A stretch of DNA of 64,000 bases from the human T2T-CHM13v2.0 reference genome, Homo sapiens, in NCBI RefSeq assembly GCF_009914755.1, contig NC_060927.1. One strand, written 5' to 3'. A program made the translations under genes and the position numbers. Below the pieces are notes generated by a model. The model did not search any database, was not told the DNA's origin, and saw only the letters and a list, made by a program, of their open reading frames with translations. Below are positions 58,801 through 64,000 of the stretch, in pieces; the first letter of the stretch is position 1, and every line of letters begins with the position of its first letter.

Positions 58801-60060
58801 AAAAATAGCCATGACTCATCTCTGGGACACTCCTAGCCATCAAGGCAGGGTGAAAAGGGAGCATGGGATAGATTGTGCTGGCTTTTAAAGCATCCATTCT
58901 AAAAATGACAAGGCTGGGGTCAATATCCTGGGCAGACTTTTAAAAATATATATCTTTCCTTTTAAACACACATTTACCCAGTAGAACATTTGTAGTTCCA
59001 GGGCTTTCCAGGAGACACCAATTCACATAAGGAAAGGACCCATTAAAGCTGAGTCCATTCCTGAGGCAAGTCTCTCACGATAAATAGAACGAATTTTACC
59101 TTGAGTATCTATCTTTAGGAAACAGGTCACCTTCCAAAGACTGATGGGGATTCCTTGATGAGCAGTCAGAAAGGCTGTTTGGCCCCAACACTTAGCTCAG
59201 TTAACTTCCTTGGAGACTTTACATTCCCAGAATTGACTATGTACTTCAATTTACATGGGAGTGAGAAGGGAAAGGACTAATACACTCATTAGTATTGTAT
59301 TTACCCTTAAGGCTGGATACTGACTTTACCCTTTTTCTTATCCAAAAATCAAGATAAAATTGTTCAAGTGCATAAAATTGGACAAACATTACATAGATAT
59401 TGCATAAACAGGCAGTTAAAAGCCCCCAGTAAAGATTTAAACAGACCACTTAGCTCTGACATTGGAACCAGAAGATACACAGTCAATAGGAGTCACAGGC
59501 CCAAAATGATCAGGCTTTGCTTAGAGTTAAGTTAAATATGCTAGAAACACTTCAATTTATTTCCCCAGTTGTCAAACAATTGGAAAGAGCATAACTACAC
59601 ACTATAAAAATGCTTTCTTACTCCCAAGGATAAGGCAGGTAGGTTTTATAGTAAAACAAAGCATATGAGACGCAGATCTTACATGAGATGTAAAACAAAT
59701 ATGTTAAACGAAGATGTTTTACATGAGATGTAAAACAAAGCATATGAGATGCAGATCTTTATATTTCTCAGTAAATTTGAGCTTTCTTGATATATGCTTA
59801 TAGACACTATAGTTAAAAAGCTACATTTCTTGCAAAGTCCCAAGGTAAATATAAGTAAAGCTTGGGAAGAGAGAATTCTACAAGAAAACCCACTGACCAG
59901 AATAAAAAGAATTTTAAAACAGAAAGATCCCTTGATTAGTGAAACAAGAAAATGGCCACAACTACAAGCCAGAACAATTATAGTTAAATTTGGATATAGA
60001 GTGGGAGCACATGAAGAACCAATGCATGCCTCACTTCATCTCACGCAGAGTGAATATTTC

Positions 60061-60355
60061 TTTTCTTTTTTTTTCTTGGGACAGTCTCACTACGTCAAGC
60101 AAGTTGGAGTGCAATGGCGTGATCTCGGCTCACTGCAGCCTCTGCCTCCTGAGTTCAAGCGATTCTCCTGCCTCAGCCTCCTGAGTAGCTGGGATCACAG
60201 ACGTGCACCAGCACACCTGGCTAATTTTTGTATTTTTAGTAGAGATGGGGTTTCACCATGTTGGCCAGGCTGGTCTCGAACTCCTGACGTCGTGATCCAC
60301 CCACGTCGGCCTCCCCAAGTGCTGGGATTACAGGCATGAGCCACTGTGCCTGGCC
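60061..60355 (-). mobile_element. Alu (AluS-like)
   Basis: Antisense Alu; TSD agagtgaa(t/c)atttc. Confidence 0.93.
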
Positions 60356-62139
60356 AGAGTGAACATTTCTTTAAACATGACCCACCCCAGTAGCAATGAG
60401 CACACCTACCACACACATCTGGGTTCCTAATACCATTCTCCAGTTAAAATAACAACAACAAACTAGGTCTTCTTGGAAAAATTATATGAAGGCTCATTCA
60501 TTCCTATGTCTGGAGGTTGATGCTGCCTGTGAGATGGGACCACAGCTAGGTCTATGGGCCAAAACATCTACACATGGCCTTTCTATGGAGCCTGGGCTTC
60601 CTCACAGGATGCTGGCTGAGTTCCAAGGGCTGGTGTCACAAGAGAATCAGGCAGAAGCTGTGCTTCCTTTTATGAGCTACCCTCAAAAGTCACAAGGCAA
60701 CACTTTCACCATTGCCCAGATTCAAGGTAAAGGAGCATAGACCCCACATTTGGATAGGAGGAAAGTCAAAGCTATGTTGTAAGAAGATGCAAGTCGGGAG
60801 ATACCAATGTGATCGTCTTTGGAAAACATGCATTGTCACAGCAGGTAGGGAAGTCAATAAGGCTTCCACAGAAGGAGTGGTATGTGAATAAACCCTTACA
60901 GGATGACCAATTGGCAGTTAAATAAAAAAAATGTTAAAGGGGTGCTTTTCCCTAAGGAGGGGAAAGCATGGGCAAAGACTTAGAAAATGAAATGACATAG
61001 AATCATTCTTGAGACTCCATATCATTTAGGACATCTGGATCACACAGAAGAGTGATGGAAGTTGAGGCCTGAAAGATACATGGGACCTGGATTATGGAGT
61101 TTTTAACACCCTGGCAAAGTTGAGATTTTGCCTTAGAGGGGACGTGAAATTACTAAATCGTTTTAGGCCTGAACTACATGATCCTATTTGCATATCAACA
61201 ATGTGCTATTTAAACGCATTGCTCTCTCTTCCTTTTCCCCATAAATTGGCTGATGTCTAAAAATGCTGTTTCCATGACACACTTGCCGTGAATTCTAATC
61301 TGCTTAGCTCCTTGCAAATCTAGATCCCTCTGTAGGAGGTGTGAAAAGGACCTTCACTCCATTAACCAAAAGTGTTCTCTAGGGAGAACACTCCATTGAG
61401 TATTCTTTTGTACACTCCCAATTGAAACCTACTGGATTAAGTGTGATGAGAAGATGGAGAAATAGTTTACAATGTTTTATATTGAAAAGTTATTAATAGA
61501 GTTGGAATATTAAATTTTTAATGAGTTTTTATTGTCTGTAAAACTTCTATGGACTATTTTCCCTAATGAAGGTACATGTGAACGAGAAATAGATACATTG
61601 ATGCTTATAAGTCTCCAGTAGTACATCAGCATGTGACAAATGAACACAGACACCCACGGGCTATATCTACCAAATTGCCTTAAATCTCCTACCTAGATTT
61701 TTCATGCTATAGGAAGATAGAAAAATCTTAATGTGGATTTATGCTGGTAAGCAGGGGGAAAGAAGGAGTTTGAAAACAATTTACAGTGAAGAGTAAACTC
61801 TGTGATGATAAAGTAGAAACTGCTGGTGCCGGTGCCATAACAGTTACCTAATCTGTGTCATGACCTGAAAGGCAATTAAATGAAGTCTGAGTGGGTGAAG
61901 AAACTCTTAAGATTCAGTCCAAAATGGTTTCCATGTCCAAGGGGACCCATTGATGGAAGCTGGTCAGGGGACAACACCAAACTCATTCTATCCAGAGAAT
62001 TTGTGTGATGCAAGAAATAGCAAAAGCTTCAAGCTGATTCTCGAGGCATCAGAAGCTGGGCAAAGAAATAGCAGACTAGTTCCTCATCTTAAATACTAGT
62101 TGCAGGAGCTGACCTTAATTTAATATACTTTAATTATAA

Positions 62140-62400
62140 TAAAAGGTAATAGTGATAAAGTCCTCACTATGCACTATGAGTTTTTCTAAGTACTTTACAT
62201 ATATTAATTCATTTAAGCACACACAAGAACCCTATGAGGTGGATACTATAATTATTTTCCCCATTTGACATAAGAGGAAACTGGGACTCAGAAAGGTTGA
62301 GTGATTTACTGGAGGTCCTATAGTTAATAAGTGACAGTTCTGGGATTTGGACTCATACAATCTGGCTTACTGACTATGCATATTTGTCCACTAAGCTATT
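62140..62400 (-). mobile_element. MIR
   Basis: aaccctatgaggt...cccattt...gaggaaactgggactcagaaaggttgagtgattt. Confidence 0.8.
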
Positions 62401-62868
62401 CCCTAGGCCCAGTTTTTTTTTTCCTTTTTTTTTTTTCTGTCTTCCCTGGAGTAGAACCTAGGCACAGTTTTTAAAGTAATAATCTCATTGTAAAATTTCA
62501 AAAGATACAAAAATATATTAACTATTAAATGAAAGTTCCATATCCTCTTTGTCCCACTCTCCCTGCCCTTCATTTTTTCCAAGTTACTATTGTTAAACAT
62601 TTAGAATTTATTTGATTAAAGAATGTATTTGATTTTTTAAAACATTGCAGTGTTTTATAGTATCTCTAATGTTTAAAAAAAGTTATATGGCATTGACATC
62701 TTCCAAGTTTGGTGCACAATGGCTTGTGAGACACAGATTCGGAGCTTGTTTGTGAGCCTCTATTAGCTCATGAGTGCCCCTATCTGAAACCTGCATCAGC
62801 ACCTCACCGTGGCTTGCATGTTCCACTGCACAGGCAGTACCTTGGGAATTTATTAAAATACTGTCTCT

Positions 62869-63224
<356 letters not shown>

Positions 63225-63236
63225 TTAACATGATGT

Positions 63237-63458
63237 GAGGACATGCATTGGCAACATATGTAGGATGAATAATTTCATATGTCAACTTCGCTTGACCAAG
63301 GGGTGCTCAAATATCTGCTTGGATACGATTTCTGGATGTGTCTGTGAGAGGACATGCATTGGCAACACATGTATGATGAATAATTTTATATGTCAACTTC
63401 GCTTGACCAAGAGGTGCTCAAATATCTGCTTGGACACCATTTCTGGATGTGTCTGTGA
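63237..63458. repeat. 111-bp tandem duplication (2 copies)
   Basis: 63237-63347 versus 63348-63458, about 6 mismatches. Confidence 0.92.
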
Positions 63459-63950
63459 GGGTGTTTTTGGAAGAGATCAGCTATTTGAACTGGTGAATTG
63501 AGGAAAGCAGATGGCCCTCCCAACGTGGATGGGCATCATCCAATCCATTAAGGGCCTGAATAGAACAAAAAGACAATGCAGGAAGGTTGAATTCACTCTC
63601 TGCCTGACTTTTGAGCTGAGACATTGATCTCCTCCTGCCCTCAACTCCTGATTCTCAGGCCTTGAGACTCAGGCTGGAATCTACAAGATCAGCTCTCTGG
63701 CTCTCAGGCCTTCAAACTGTACCACTGGCTTTCCTGAGTCTTCAGCTTGTAGTTGGCAAGACTGTGAGACTTTTCAACCTCTGCAATCACATGAGCGAAT
63801 TCCTCATAATAAATGTCTTCCTAAATATCCATATATATATATATATATATATATATATCATATATTATATGTATGTGTATATCCTATACAAGCACACACA
63901 CATAAATATCTATCTTATTGGTTCTGTTTCTCTGAAGAACCTGGGAACCA
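63259..63950 (+). mobile_element. MLT2-family (ERVL) solo LTR with a duplicated 5' end
   Basis: tatgtcaactt...ttctggatgtgtctgtgagggtgttt...gggcatcatccaatcc...ttggttctgtttctctg. Confidence 0.85.
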
Positions 63951-64000
63951 TATGATATGTATGGTTCTCCATATATTTAGGTGTGTGTATATGTGCATAT

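Noticed and set aside
59794-60339. 181-aa ORF
   Set aside because: The C-terminal half is an antisense Alu translation and the N-terminal half has no recognisable homology.
63259-63950. MLT2 LTR as the partner LTR of the ERVL internal relic at 11.7-15.4 kb
   Set aside because: It is about 48 kb away with two host genes in between, so these are independent insertions.

Overview
Hominid (human or great-ape) euchromatic DNA matching the SST-RTP2 interval (3q27.3 in human). It holds two spliced protein-coding genes, both on the minus strand. SST (preprosomatostatin, 116 aa) has coding exons 23605-23742 and 22516-22728 and its classic promoter (TATA-like TTTAAAA, perfect CRE, homeodomain elements). 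RTP2 (receptor-transporting protein 2, 225 aa) has coding exons 55420-55583 and 51941-52454. The rest is mostly interspersed repeats: many Alus, MIR/L2, MaLR/ERVL LTRs, a decayed ERVL gag-pro-pol relic, a MER11 solo LTR, DNA-transposon fossils and microsatellites. Almost all other ORFs in the track are Alu- or low-complexity-derived. I see no new protein-coding system. The most interesting unexplained signals are: (1) a short ~35-bp satellite-like array inserted into an L2 between 28-bp direct repeats; (2) an RTP2 5' region combining a splice acceptor, a strong-Kozak overlapping uORF and clustered RFX/forkhead/EBF motifs; (3) tandem REST/RE1-like sites in the SST intron; (4) a CpG-rich RTP2 coding exon carrying a perfect NRF1 palindrome. 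Repeat subfamily names and repeat boundaries were assigned by eye and are approximate.
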